From NCBI GenBank assembly GCA_019058245.1, contig JAHPZJ010000028.1, forward strand, positions 234,623 to 266,678: a stretch of DNA of 32,056 nt, in the 5' to 3' direction. Origin of the DNA: Promethearchaeota archaeon (GTDB lineage Archaea; Asgardarchaeota; Lokiarchaeia; Sigyniarchaeales; SOKP01). The notes under the pieces were generated by a model, which searched no databases, was not told where the DNA came from, and saw only the letters and a list, made by a program, of their open reading frames with translations. The position numbers and the translations under genes were made by a program. Shown in pieces: positions 9,315-18,322 of the stretch. Position 1 is the first letter of the stretch. Every line of letters starts with the position of its first letter.

Positions 9315-9348
9315 ATTTATACATATTATTTAATTAAATTCAATTTAT

Positions 9349-9419
9349 TCCGAAAACCCTTGCAAAGGGTTAGTTCCTTTTCAACCAGAATTTTTTTGAA
9401 AAGATCATTCTATTTCGGA
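9349..9419 (-). ncRNA. Candidate SECIS element (eukaryote-like AUGA core, stem and A-rich apical loop) inside a three-way junction overlapping the vhuD stop codon
   Basis: Minus-strand RNA UCCGAAA-UAG-AAUGA-UCUUUUCAA-AAAAAUUCUGG-UUGAAAAGG-AA-CUA-ACCCUU-UGC-AAGGGU-UUUCGGA has nested complementary arms; it lies directly 3' of two TGA-containing genes. Confidence 0.7.
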
Positions 9420-9838
9420 TTTTTTTTTGGTATAGGAGGGAGGACGTGAATTTTTTTGGATATATCTTCAACAGAATTTATGAATTTTTCAACATCTGCG
9501 GCAGAACAAAAATATTGTTGAATTCGTTCTTCAGAAATACCTTCATGCTTTAATAATTTCTTCAAAGTAAGAATATGTTGATAAGTATTTATATTACCAT
9601 TACCAAATTCACATTCTCCTTCTTTTCAAGAAATTATTGCGACACCATCTGCGCCATTTAATAAAGCCTCCATTAATAAATGAATTCCAATTCTACCGGT
9701 GCATCTTACTCTGATGAGATGAAAATCTGTAGAATATGATTTTCTTGTAGTACCTGTTAAATCTGCTGCAGAATATCCTCATTTATCGCAACCAAAGGCA
9801 ATTATTTTTCTAGTACCATTATCCTTTATTTTATTCAT
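9410..9838 (-). CDS. vhuD: Selenoprotein VhuD/MvhD ([2Fe-2S] hydrogenase delta subunit), 142 aa, Sec20 and Sec71; absent from the ORF track
   Basis: Hand translation MNKIKDNGTRKIIAFGCDK-U-GYSAADLTG...IRVRCTGRIG...NGADGVAIIS-U-KEGECEFGNGN...ERIQQYFCSAADVEKF...PKKNPK*; TGA at 9779-9781 and 9626-9628, the two positions that are Sec in methanococcal VhuD (CxxU; GUKKGEC); GAGGT upstream of ATG 9838. Confidence 0.93.
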
Positions 9839-9859
9839 TATTCATAACCTCTATAGTGT

Positions 9860-11857
9860 TTATTCTTCAATACTCTCAGTAACTTTTTCCGCATTCTCTA
9901 ACTCACTACTGCTAATACCCTTGATTTCTTGAGAAAATTGCTTATCACGATAATATTTCAAGTCAATCGCTCTTGCTGGACAAGATGATACACATACACC
10001 ACACCCTTTGCATTTTAAATCATCAACTTGTGCAATTTCGTTCTCATTAACTTTTATCGCTTGATAAAAGCATAATTTCTCACATCTATGACATCCCATA
10101 CAAAGATCCTCATCTACTTCGGCAATGATTAATTCTTGTTTTATTGTATCATGAGATAAAATAGTAGATACTTTACTTGCAGCTGCTAAAGCGGAAGATA
10201 CTGAATATGGAATATTTTTTGGTCCAGCAGCACACCCAGCAATGTAAATCCCCATATCTTTTGTTTCTTGTGGGCTTAAACAACCATGAATTTCTGAAAG
10301 GAAACCTGAAGGTCCTTTACTTAGTCCCATTACCTCGACGATTTCTTCTGTTCCCTTAGAAGGAATCATTCCTGTTGATAATACCACTAAATCAGCATTA
10401 ATATTTACAATTTCACCAGTTAAGGATGAATATGCTCTTACTTTTAGTTTATTTGTTTCCTTATCTTCTATTATTTCACCTACTTTACCCCTAATCATTC
10501 TTATACCTGATTCTCTAATTTTTCTATAGTATTCCTCATTTCCTTTGTCCGTAGTTCGAATATCAATATAAAACATAATTACATCCATATCGGGATATTC
10601 TTGCCTGAGTAGCTGAGCGTTCTTAAGAGAAACATTGCAACAAACGAAAGAACAATATGGATTAGCATTAACATCTCTAGAACCTACACATTGAATTATT
10701 ACTACAGTTTTTGGAATTTCTCCATTGGAAACACGATATACATGCCCTCCTGTAGGTCCAATAGGACTTAACATTCGCTCTAATTCTATTTGGGTTATTA
10801 CATCAGGATAATATCCATAGTTATATTCATTAGATTCCCAAATTGGATATTCGTCCCACCCAGTAGCGATAATTACCGCACCGACTTTTATATCAATATA
10901 TTCTGCTTCTTGTTCAAAATCAATTGCCTCAGCTGGACATGTTCGTTCACAAGTTTTGCAATCAATACATACATTTCTATCCATAACGGCTAATTTTGGA
11001 ACTGCTTGAGGAAAGGGAATATATATAGCACCTCTTTCACCAATACCTCTGTCAAACTCACTAGGTACTTTTATTGGGCATTTCGTTGTACATAAACCAC
11101 ATCCAGTACACTTGCTTTCATCAACATATCGAGGATTTTTCCTTATTTTAACATGATAATCACCAGGAATACCACTAAATTCAACAATATCACTATACGT
11201 AAATAAGTTGATGTTAGGATGTTTTGATGCATTTACCATTATAGGTGCTAAAACTCATATGCCACAATCATCTGTTGGATAAATTCGATCTAATTGTGCC
11301 ATTTTTCCACCAATTGTCGCTTCTTTTTCCACTAGATAGACCGGTATTCCTTGATTAGCTAAATCTAAAGCAGCATTCATTCCTGCAATTCCTGCACCCA
11401 CAACTAAGACTGCCCTTTCTACTGGAATTTCTTTTCTGGGTATTATTTCTAACTCTCGAGCACGATTAATTCCTGCTTTAACTAGTCTTATAGCTTTCTC
11501 TGTAGCTTTTTGTTTATCATCCCTATGGACAAAAGAGCAATGTTCTCTTAAATTGACCATCTGAAAATAATATGGACTTAAACCTGCTTCAACTAAAACT
11601 GCTCTATAGGTCGGTTCATGAATTTTTGGTGTACAAGCTGCTACAACTACTCTATTTAAATCTTGTTCCAGAATATCATTTCGGATTATATTTTGTCCTG
11701 GATCGGAACACGTAAAGGAATTCACTTTGGCAATTACTACATTTGGAAGATGCTCAATTGCATCTTTAACTGCATCACAATCAACAGAAGCTTTAATATT
11801 GACTCCTCACTCGCATACATAGACTCCTATTCTAACTGTGGTCTGACTTTCAGACAA
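9860..11857 (-). CDS. hdrA: Selenoprotein heterodisulfide reductase subunit A, 665 aa, Sec17 and Sec201; the ORF track splits it into fragments
   Basis: AGGTGA then TTG 11857; MSESQTTVRIGVYVCE-U-GVNI (TGA 11807-11809, the CHCG position) ... VVGAGIAG ... RIYPTDDCGI-U-VLAPIM (TGA 11255-11257) continues in frame into 9860..11239 with ferredoxin motifs and QCVGSRD..YCSFVCC. Confidence 0.93.
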
Positions 11858-12127
11858 TTATGTCACCTTTTTGTAAATCTTCACCATTACTTTTTAGTTA
11901 ATACAAAATATACCATTAATTCTTATTGCGTAAAGAAATTATGGAAATAATTTATTTTTTCTCATTAGTTTTAATAATATTGATTCTGATAATAGAATTA
12001 TCTAAAAATTAGAAATTTGTATATAGCAGATTTAAAGAAGATGATTTTAGTTGATAATTTTTAAACTTTTTTATCGATTTAAGATCTTCTCGTGAATTTT
12101 TTATTGAAAAAATAATTATTTAGTAAT

Positions 12128-12313
12128 ATGACAGAGGCAGAAGAAAAAAAGAAAGAAGATTTTGCTAAGGAATTTATGGCAGAAGAAGGATTAAAAGGGA
12201 AAGCAAGAAGAATAAAAATTATCAAAATTATTGATATGGTAGGATATGATAAAAGGAAGATTAAGACCGCCTTAGCTCGTTCCACTATAGTTGATAGAAT
12301 TCAGCATGAATGA
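12128..12313 (+). CDS. Small charged hypothetical protein (61 aa), divergent from hdrA
   Basis: ATG-started ORF with protein-like composition, flanked by AT-rich intergenic DNA. Confidence 0.65.
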   Translation: MTEAEEKKKEDFAKEFMAEEGLKGKARRIKIIKIIDMVGYDKRKIKTALARSTIVDRIQHE

Positions 12314-12423
12314 TATTAATTTTTTTGAAAAATTTTTAAATCAATTTCGTATTTTGATAAAATTAAGATTTTGTTAATTTAATAAAGAATTATTATATCC
12401 AATGTAACTGAAGACGCAAAATT

Positions 12424-13713
12424 ATGCTTGATATTGAACTATTTAGAAAAAATCTTGATAAAATAATTGAATCTGAAAAAAAAAGATTTAAAGATCCATC
12501 AATCGCAGAAAAGGTTTTAGAATTAGATATAAAATGGAGAACTGCTTTAAAAAATATTGAAGAATTAAGGCAGAAGAGAAATGAAATTTCAATAAAAATT
12601 GGAGAATTTAAGAAATCAAAAAATGATAAAAAAACTGAAGAAGCCATAAAGAAATCAAAAGAAATCAAAAAGAAAATAGAGGATACTGAAAAATTAAGAG
12701 TCGAATATCTTGATCAGAGAGAAAAATATCGTTATATGGTAGGGAATATCCTACATGAATCTGTTCCTGTTGGGGAAACAGAAGAAGATAATCGAGTTGA
12801 AAGAGTAGTAGGAGATTTACCTAAATTCAATTTTAAGCCAATTTCACATGTCGATTTGATCTCAAAGATTGGGGGCGCAGATTTAAAAAAGGCCTCTGAA
12901 ATAGCAGGATCTAGATTCTATTATTTAAAGGGAGATTTAGTTCTATTAAATCTAGCTCTCCTAAAATATGCACTAGAGAAATTAATTAATAAGAATTACA
13001 TTCCAATGTGGACTCCCTTTTTTACAAAACATGAAATTATGAAAGCAGCAGCAGAATTAACAGATTTTGAAGAACAATTATATAAAATCCAAGGAGAAGA
13101 TTTATATTTGATTGCCACTTCTGAACAAACCTTAGCTGCTTATCATTACAACGAAATTATTGATCCAGATGAACTACCATTCAAATATGTGGGGATTTCT
13201 TCATGTTTTAGAAGAGAAGCAGGATCACATGGCAAAGATACTCGAGGAATATTTAGAGTTCATCGATTTGAAAAAGTTGAGCAATTCATTTTCTGTAAAC
13301 CTGAAAATTCATGGAATTATTTTAAAGAATTAATTGCTAATACTGAAGAAATTTATAAAGAATTAAAAATCCCATATAGAATAGTTAATATTGCCTCTGG
13401 CGAACTAAATGATAATGCTGCGAAAAAATATGATTTAGAGGCTTGGTTTCCCGCTTCTGAGACTTATCGTGAATTAGTATCCTGTAGTAATTGCTTAGAC
13501 TATCAAGCAAGGAAATTACTAATTAGAATAGGAAAAGTTGGGTCTCAACAACCAAAAGAGATATTACATACATTAAATTCAACAGCAATAGCCACTGAAC
13601 GGACTATCTGCTGTATACTTGAAAATTATCAAAATGAGGATCATTCAATAACAATTCCAGATATTCTTAGTAAATATATGAATGGGAGAAAGATTATTAA
13701 AGCAATAAAATAA
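12424..13713 (+). CDS. serS: Serine--tRNA ligase (standard type)
   Basis: MLDIELFR N-terminal coiled arm, GSRFYYL, LIATSEQ, FRREAGSHGKDTRGIFRVHRFEKVE, ELVSCSNC.DYQAR, HTLNST. Confidence 0.97.
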   Translation: MLDIELFRKNLDKIIESEKKRFKDPSIAEKVLELDIKWRTALKNIEELRQKRNEISIKIGEFKKSKNDKKTEEAIKKSKEIKKKIEDTEKLRVEYLDQREKYRYMVGNILHESVPVGETEEDNRVERVVGDLPKFNFKPISHVDLISKIGGADLKKASEIAGSRFYYLKGDLVLLNLALLKYALEKLINKNYIPMWTPFFTKHEIMKAAAELTDFEEQLYKIQGEDLYLIATSEQTLAAYHYNEIIDPDELPFKYVGISSCFRREAGSHGKDTRGIFRVHRFEKVEQFIFCKPENSWNYFKELIANTEEIYKELKIPYRIVNIASGELNDNAAKKYDLEAWFPASETYRELVSCSNCLDYQARKLLIRIGKVGSQQPKEILHTLNSTAIATERTICCILENYQNEDHSITIPDILSKYMNGRKIIKAIK

Positions 13714-13731
13714 AACTTAATAGAAAGTAAA

Positions 13732-14964
13732 ATGATTGAAAAAGAACTAGAGGAATTCGAAGATTTTTATAAAAAACAAGTAAATTCTCAATTTTTCAAA
13801 ATCAAAAAATTTACAAATAAATTTCTTCAAGATACACGAGAGAATTTAATTTCGATTAAAGTATGTTTAGATCATTTTTTAGAAACGGGGAAAGAAAAGA
13901 TAGAACAGAAAGCCCAAAAATCCTTAAATTTTTTTTCTGATCGGATTAGAAAAGAAATTGATGAGATTCAAATTCCAGATGAAGAAGTAAATTATGATAC
14001 CATTTCAGAGTTATTAAAATCAATAAAGAAATTATTTAATAGTATTAATGAAATCGCTAAAAAATCCTTACCTAAGTTTCATAAAGAAGTGCAAGCGGAA
14101 ATAAAAGAATTAAATTATCTTACACGTAAACTGGGAAAAAAGCAAGCTCAACTAGACGAATTTATGAGAAAAAAATATACCGAAGTCAGAGAAGCAGAAA
14201 ATTTACTAAAAAAGTTACCTAAACTATTTCAATTAAAAGATAATATTGAACATGCTAAAGCTGATTTAGATGAGTTTGAAGCTGAATTGGAGGAAAGAAA
14301 TACAGTACAAGAAAATTTGAACTCAAAATTAATAAATTTGGAAAAAAATGAACTTTTTAAGAAATTTGAAGCAAAAAAAGAAGAGTTATTCCAATTACAA
14401 ATTTCTATAAATGATGAAATTGGTTTTAAAAAAGCCTTGAAAAAATTTAGGTTTGAGTTAGAAAAAGGAATAATTCATGTTCCAAATGTAGATACAACCT
14501 ATATAAGGGATTTCATTAAAAATCCAATAAAAAAATTAGTTAATGAGAGTAAAGATTTACCAAAGTTTACATCTCTTATGGTACAATTGCGACATTCGTT
14601 AGAAGAAAACAAATTAAGCCTTAAATCTGATACAAAACAAAAAACTATCGAACAAATTAATGCGATTTTTGAGGAGAAATCATTACAAGCTAATATTGAA
14701 AAATACTTACAGATTAAAGAAAGTATAAAAGAAATTGAGAAAAAAATTGAAGAAGAAGGATTAACTCAAAAATTAGAAGATCTTAAAAATCAAATCTCTT
14801 CAAACACAATTAAACTTGAGCATGTGAAAGTGGATTATGATAGAAAAAATAAAGATTATACTAGATATCTCAGTGCTCTTAAAACTGAAAGGGAAGAATT
14901 CCAGAATTTAATAGCAGAAGTCTTAAAGGAAGAATTAAAAATAAATATAACTTTTTCTTTTTAA
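13732..14964 (+). CDS. Hypothetical long coiled-coil protein
   Basis: 410-aa E/K/L-rich ORF with heptad patterns; no catalytic motif recognised. Confidence 0.75.
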   Translation: MIEKELEEFEDFYKKQVNSQFFKIKKFTNKFLQDTRENLISIKVCLDHFLETGKEKIEQKAQKSLNFFSDRIRKEIDEIQIPDEEVNYDTISELLKSIKKLFNSINEIAKKSLPKFHKEVQAEIKELNYLTRKLGKKQAQLDEFMRKKYTEVREAENLLKKLPKLFQLKDNIEHAKADLDEFEAELEERNTVQENLNSKLINLEKNELFKKFEAKKEELFQLQISINDEIGFKKALKKFRFELEKGIIHVPNVDTTYIRDFIKNPIKKLVNESKDLPKFTSLMVQLRHSLEENKLSLKSDTKQKTIEQINAIFEEKSLQANIEKYLQIKESIKEIEKKIEEEGLTQKLEDLKNQISSNTIKLEHVKVDYDRKNKDYTRYLSALKTEREEFQNLIAEVLKEELKINITFSF

Positions 14965-14968
14965 TTTC

Positions 14969-15700
14969 TTATCCTCTTTCTATAATCTCAAATGACCTAT
15001 TATTAAGAGGATTTCTTTTCTTTAATGATAATCTTAGATTTTTTTTCAAAAATTTAAAGACATTAGTATGTTTCAAATCAAACATTTTTAGATATTCATA
15101 AGCCAATACTAAATCCTCTTTAATATCAATATCAAATCCCGCTCTAAAAGAATCATATATAGCGAATTTGTCAATTTTGTATTTTATAGCGTTTTTAAAT
15201 TGAGCTAATAAAGAAGGAATAATTGGATCTGAAAAATAAGAAGCAATTATATCTGGGGGATTCCTACCTAATACAGATATTCCTGCAGAATGAATAGCAG
15301 GGCATATTACTATTTGATTTTGACCGAGAAGATCATTAATTTCATAGAAATTTTTTTTAGTAATTAAAATTAAATCGAGAAATGAGAATACAGTTTGGGA
15401 TGCATTATATTTCTTAATAGCGATATCATTTAGATCTTCTATAACTTTATCAAAAGACTTAGATGGTGTTGTTAAATTCTCTTTTATTCCTACTAAATCG
15501 TAATCATTTGCGAGTTCTAATATTTTTCTAGAATTACAATATATGATTTTTTTATCATAACAATTTACTTCAGTTAATTTATTCCCAAGATCCTTAAACA
15601 TTGCTATGGTTAATTCTTTTAGTTGTTCAGTCGAAAAACAGTCTCTAAGGCGAGATTTTGTTTTTGATAATGGAGCAATTGGAATTAATAAAATACTCAT
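14969..15700 (-). CDS. cofC: CofC/FbiD-like guanylyltransferase (coenzyme F420 biosynthesis)
   Basis: LIPIAPLSKTKSRL...LTIAMFKD, DLILIT, IVICPA...G, FDIDIKEDL. Confidence 0.75.
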   Translation of the reverse strand: MSILLIPIAPLSKTKSRLRDCFSTEQLKELTIAMFKDLGNKLTEVNCYDKKIIYCNSRKILELANDYDLVGIKENLTTPSKSFDKVIEDLNDIAIKKYNASQTVFSFLDLILITKKNFYEINDLLGQNQIVICPAIHSAGISVLGRNPPDIIASYFSDPIIPSLLAQFKNAIKYKIDKFAIYDSFRAGFDIDIKEDLVLAYEYLKMFDLKHTNVFKFLKKNLRLSLKKRNPLNNRSFEIIERG

Positions 15701-15893
15701 CTTTTAACTCTAACAGTGTTTAATCGATCCAATAATATTATAACCTTAATTAATATCTAAGAAGGTAATCACTTTTATTAAAATTATTAAGGATTATTAA
15801 ACCATTATAATGAAATTTGTTTACATTAAGGATAAGACTAAGTTTCTTATTCATGAGGGCTAAAACCAGTATCTGCTATCCAGAAGGTGCTCA

Positions 15894-16451
15894 TTATTTT
15901 AGTTCATTAAGAATTTGAACAGACAAAAACTCGAAAACTTTATCTACATTTTCATCCAATTTTGCAGAAGTCTCAAAATATTCTACTCCTAATTCCATAA
16001 TCTTCTTTTTGATGATATCTTCATTAATCTTTCTAGGCAAGTCGGTTTTATTTCCAACTATTACATATGGTATGTCTCCACTTAGTTCCTTTAATTTTGA
16101 TATCCAAAAATCTAATTCTTCAAAGGAAGAAAGACTATCCAAGCTAAAAATTACCATAGCTCCAACGGCCTGAACAAAATAATATTCATTGCTAAATAGT
16201 TTATCTTGTTGGCCACCTATATCCCAAAAATAAAGCTTAAAGCCTTTTTGTTTAATATCCTTCTTTAAATTTGAATTTTTTAATACTAATTTATCAATAA
16301 CTTTGCTTAAATCAATTTCTTTAATTAAAAAGTTTGCTCCAATAGTCTGATGGTATTCTTCACTAAACAGATTATCAACATATCGAGCTAATAGGCTAGT
16401 TTTACCAACTCCCGCATCTCCGCAAAGGATTACTTTTCCTCGATAAGACAA
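15894..16451 (-). CDS. Rab-like small GTPase (Ras superfamily) with no C-terminal prenylation motif
   Basis: GDAGVGKTS, TIG, WDIGGQ, GNKTD, ETSAK; TTG start after GGGGGT. Confidence 0.92.
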   Translation of the reverse strand: MSYRGKVILCGDAGVGKTSLLARYVDNLFSEEYHQTIGANFLIKEIDLSKVIDKLVLKNSNLKKDIKQKGFKLYFWDIGGQQDKLFSNEYYFVQAVGAMVIFSLDSLSSFEELDFWISKLKELSGDIPYVIVGNKTDLPRKINEDIIKKKIMELGVEYFETSAKLDENVDKVFEFLSVQILNELK

Positions 16452-16577
16452 TTATTTCTAACCCCCGATTTATTTAAATTTATGGTTTATTTATTTAGTT
16501 TTGACTAAAATTTATATTTTTTTTAATAATTTTTATATAATTTAATTTTATTAGTTTTGATGAATTTAGTTGTAATA

Positions 16578-17411
16578 TTATGCTTTTCTAGATGTTAATT
16601 GTATTAACTTACATTCACTAGTAATAAAATGCTTAAATAGATGCTCATATCCAACAATCTGTTTTGGGGTACCATTTTCTAACCATAACCCAGAAGTGTA
16701 TTCTGGTGCCTCTTTTACGCTATCAAGAGTAGTTAGTAAAAAATGATTGTCAGTTATTAATAATCCAAAAGGAATAACACTATCCCCCTCAATAGAATGA
16801 ATTGTTATCGATATTTTCAGTAATTTTTTTATTTCTTCTTTCAAATTCTCATTATATTTTAAGGCCATGATAATTTGGACATCAGAAGAAAATTTCTTAT
16901 TCCACAACTCCTTTAGTACCCAATCATAACCTCCCAATTCTTGCATAAGTAAATCTGGGGTTATGATAAAATATATTTTCTTAGTTGCTGTGATTATTAA
17001 TTCTTTAATTTTTTTCCGGATTTTTCCCCTAGAGTTTATTGCCCAAACTCTCGGTTCTGATTCTTCTTTGCTAATCTCCAATTCACTGAGTACTTTTTCA
17101 AGCTCTAATGTATCTTCGATTTTAGTCTTGTATGACTCGCGAATTACTTTAAAGATTCTTTCTATTGGTATTACTTGGTAATTTGCTCCTCTTTTTATCG
17201 GCTCTTTTTGAATGAATCCTTTCTCGATTAATCTATTTAAAGAATCATATACTCTTGCTCTATCAACACCAGAATTTTTTGCTATATCTGCTGGACTCAG
17301 AATCTTAAATTTGCATAGTGTTAATAAAACTTTAGAATCATTTTTTGTAAAACCCAAAGATTGAAGAGAATCTTCAATTTCAGATACATTTTTTTTTTTT
17401 AAGTCAGACAT
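16578..17411 (-). CDS. TrmB-family transcriptional regulator/chromatin protein
   Basis: LGFTKNDSKVLLTL...PADIAKNSGVDRARVYDSLNRLIEKGFI winged HTH plus a C-terminal effector-like domain. Confidence 0.88.
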   Translation of the reverse strand: MSDLKKKNVSEIEDSLQSLGFTKNDSKVLLTLCKFKILSPADIAKNSGVDRARVYDSLNRLIEKGFIQKEPIKRGANYQVIPIERIFKVIRESYKTKIEDTLELEKVLSELEISKEESEPRVWAINSRGKIRKKIKELIITATKKIYFIITPDLLMQELGGYDWVLKELWNKKFSSDVQIIMALKYNENLKEEIKKLLKISITIHSIEGDSVIPFGLLITDNHFLLTTLDSVKEAPEYTSGLWLENGTPKQIVGYEHLFKHFITSECKLIQLTSRKA

Positions 17412-17949
17412 ATATGCATTAGAACTATTAATTGAATCCTTTATTTTATATTATGCTAATCAAATAACTACTATTTTAATTTTTAGATTTAAAAAAATCC
17501 AAAAATATCTAGATTTTGGGACCTTCAAGTTTTTAGAATTGATATTTTTATTATCAGAACTTCATGAATATAAAAAAATATGAAAAATTGATATAATAGA
17601 TATTTTCAGAAAAAATATTATTGATATTTTAATAACAGTAAAAACACTAAAATTTTAAAATTCAAGGCTTTTGGAGGTTAATAATAATTTTTTTTTAATT
17701 CCCGATTTGTTAAACTTTTAATAAATTTTAATTTATGATTAATAATATATCAATTAAAAAAATTGAAATATGAATAAAAGTAATTTTTCAAAAAATAAAG
17801 AAACCACGCCTTTACCTAATAAAAATTAGAATTTAATTTTAGTCGGAAAAATTAATATTAAATTAATAAAACGATCTCATTTTCGATCCCATATGATCTC
17901 TTCGATATAATTCTCTAAATATTGTCTGTCATTGATTTGAATCATAACA

Positions 17950-18022
17950 TTTATATAATAGAAATGTGTAGTTATACTTAATTAACATCTAAAAAATAAA
18001 TTAAATAAACAATTTGTGGAGG
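17950..18022 (+). promoter_or_regulatory. Candidate TATA box and Shine-Dalgarno of the histone gene
   Basis: TTTATATA at 17950-17957 and GGAGG at 18018-18022 before ATG 18030; the TATA call is weak in such AT-rich DNA. Confidence 0.45.
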
Positions 18023-18029
18023 AATAATA

Positions 18030-18275
18030 ATGGCTAAAAAGAAAGCTCCAGCTAAAGCAGCAAAAAAGAAATCTGAAGGATATATTGCAAAAGCACCTAT
18101 CAGAAGATTAATGAAAAAAGAAGGCGCAGATTTAGTTGCTGCTGAAGCTCTTGATAAATTAATTGATTTCCTTGAAGGTAGTGCTGCTACAGCAACTAAA
18201 GACGCAATTAAGATTTGTAAAGCTGACAAACGTAAAAGAGTTACTGCTGCTGATATTCGAAATGCAACAAGGTAA
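18030..18275 (+). CDS. Archaeal histone with a Lys/Ala-rich N-terminal tail
   Basis: IAKAPIRRLMKKEGA..V...A ... KRKRVTAADI histone fold (R-x-T-x-x-D in L2), preceded by MAKKKAPAKAAKKKS. Confidence 0.92.
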   Translation: MAKKKAPAKAAKKKSEGYIAKAPIRRLMKKEGADLVAAEALDKLIDFLEGSAATATKDAIKICKADKRKRVTAADIRNATR

Positions 18276-18322
18276 ATCCTTTACACTTTTATAATTTAAG
18301 ATTTTTTTTTCTTTTTTATCTT

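Noticed and set aside
9860-11857. hdrA as a pseudogene or as two separate genes (ORF track 9860..11239 and 11255..11725)
   Set aside because: The interruptions are only in-frame TGA at conserved Cys/Sec positions, there are no frameshifts, and a SECIS candidate lies downstream
9410-11857. Genome-wide UGA reassignment (e.g. to Trp or Gly)
   Set aside because: TGA acts as a normal stop elsewhere (after the GG of the MoaD-like gene at 30275-30277, at 12311-12313 and at 5703-5705), and Trp is encoded by TGG
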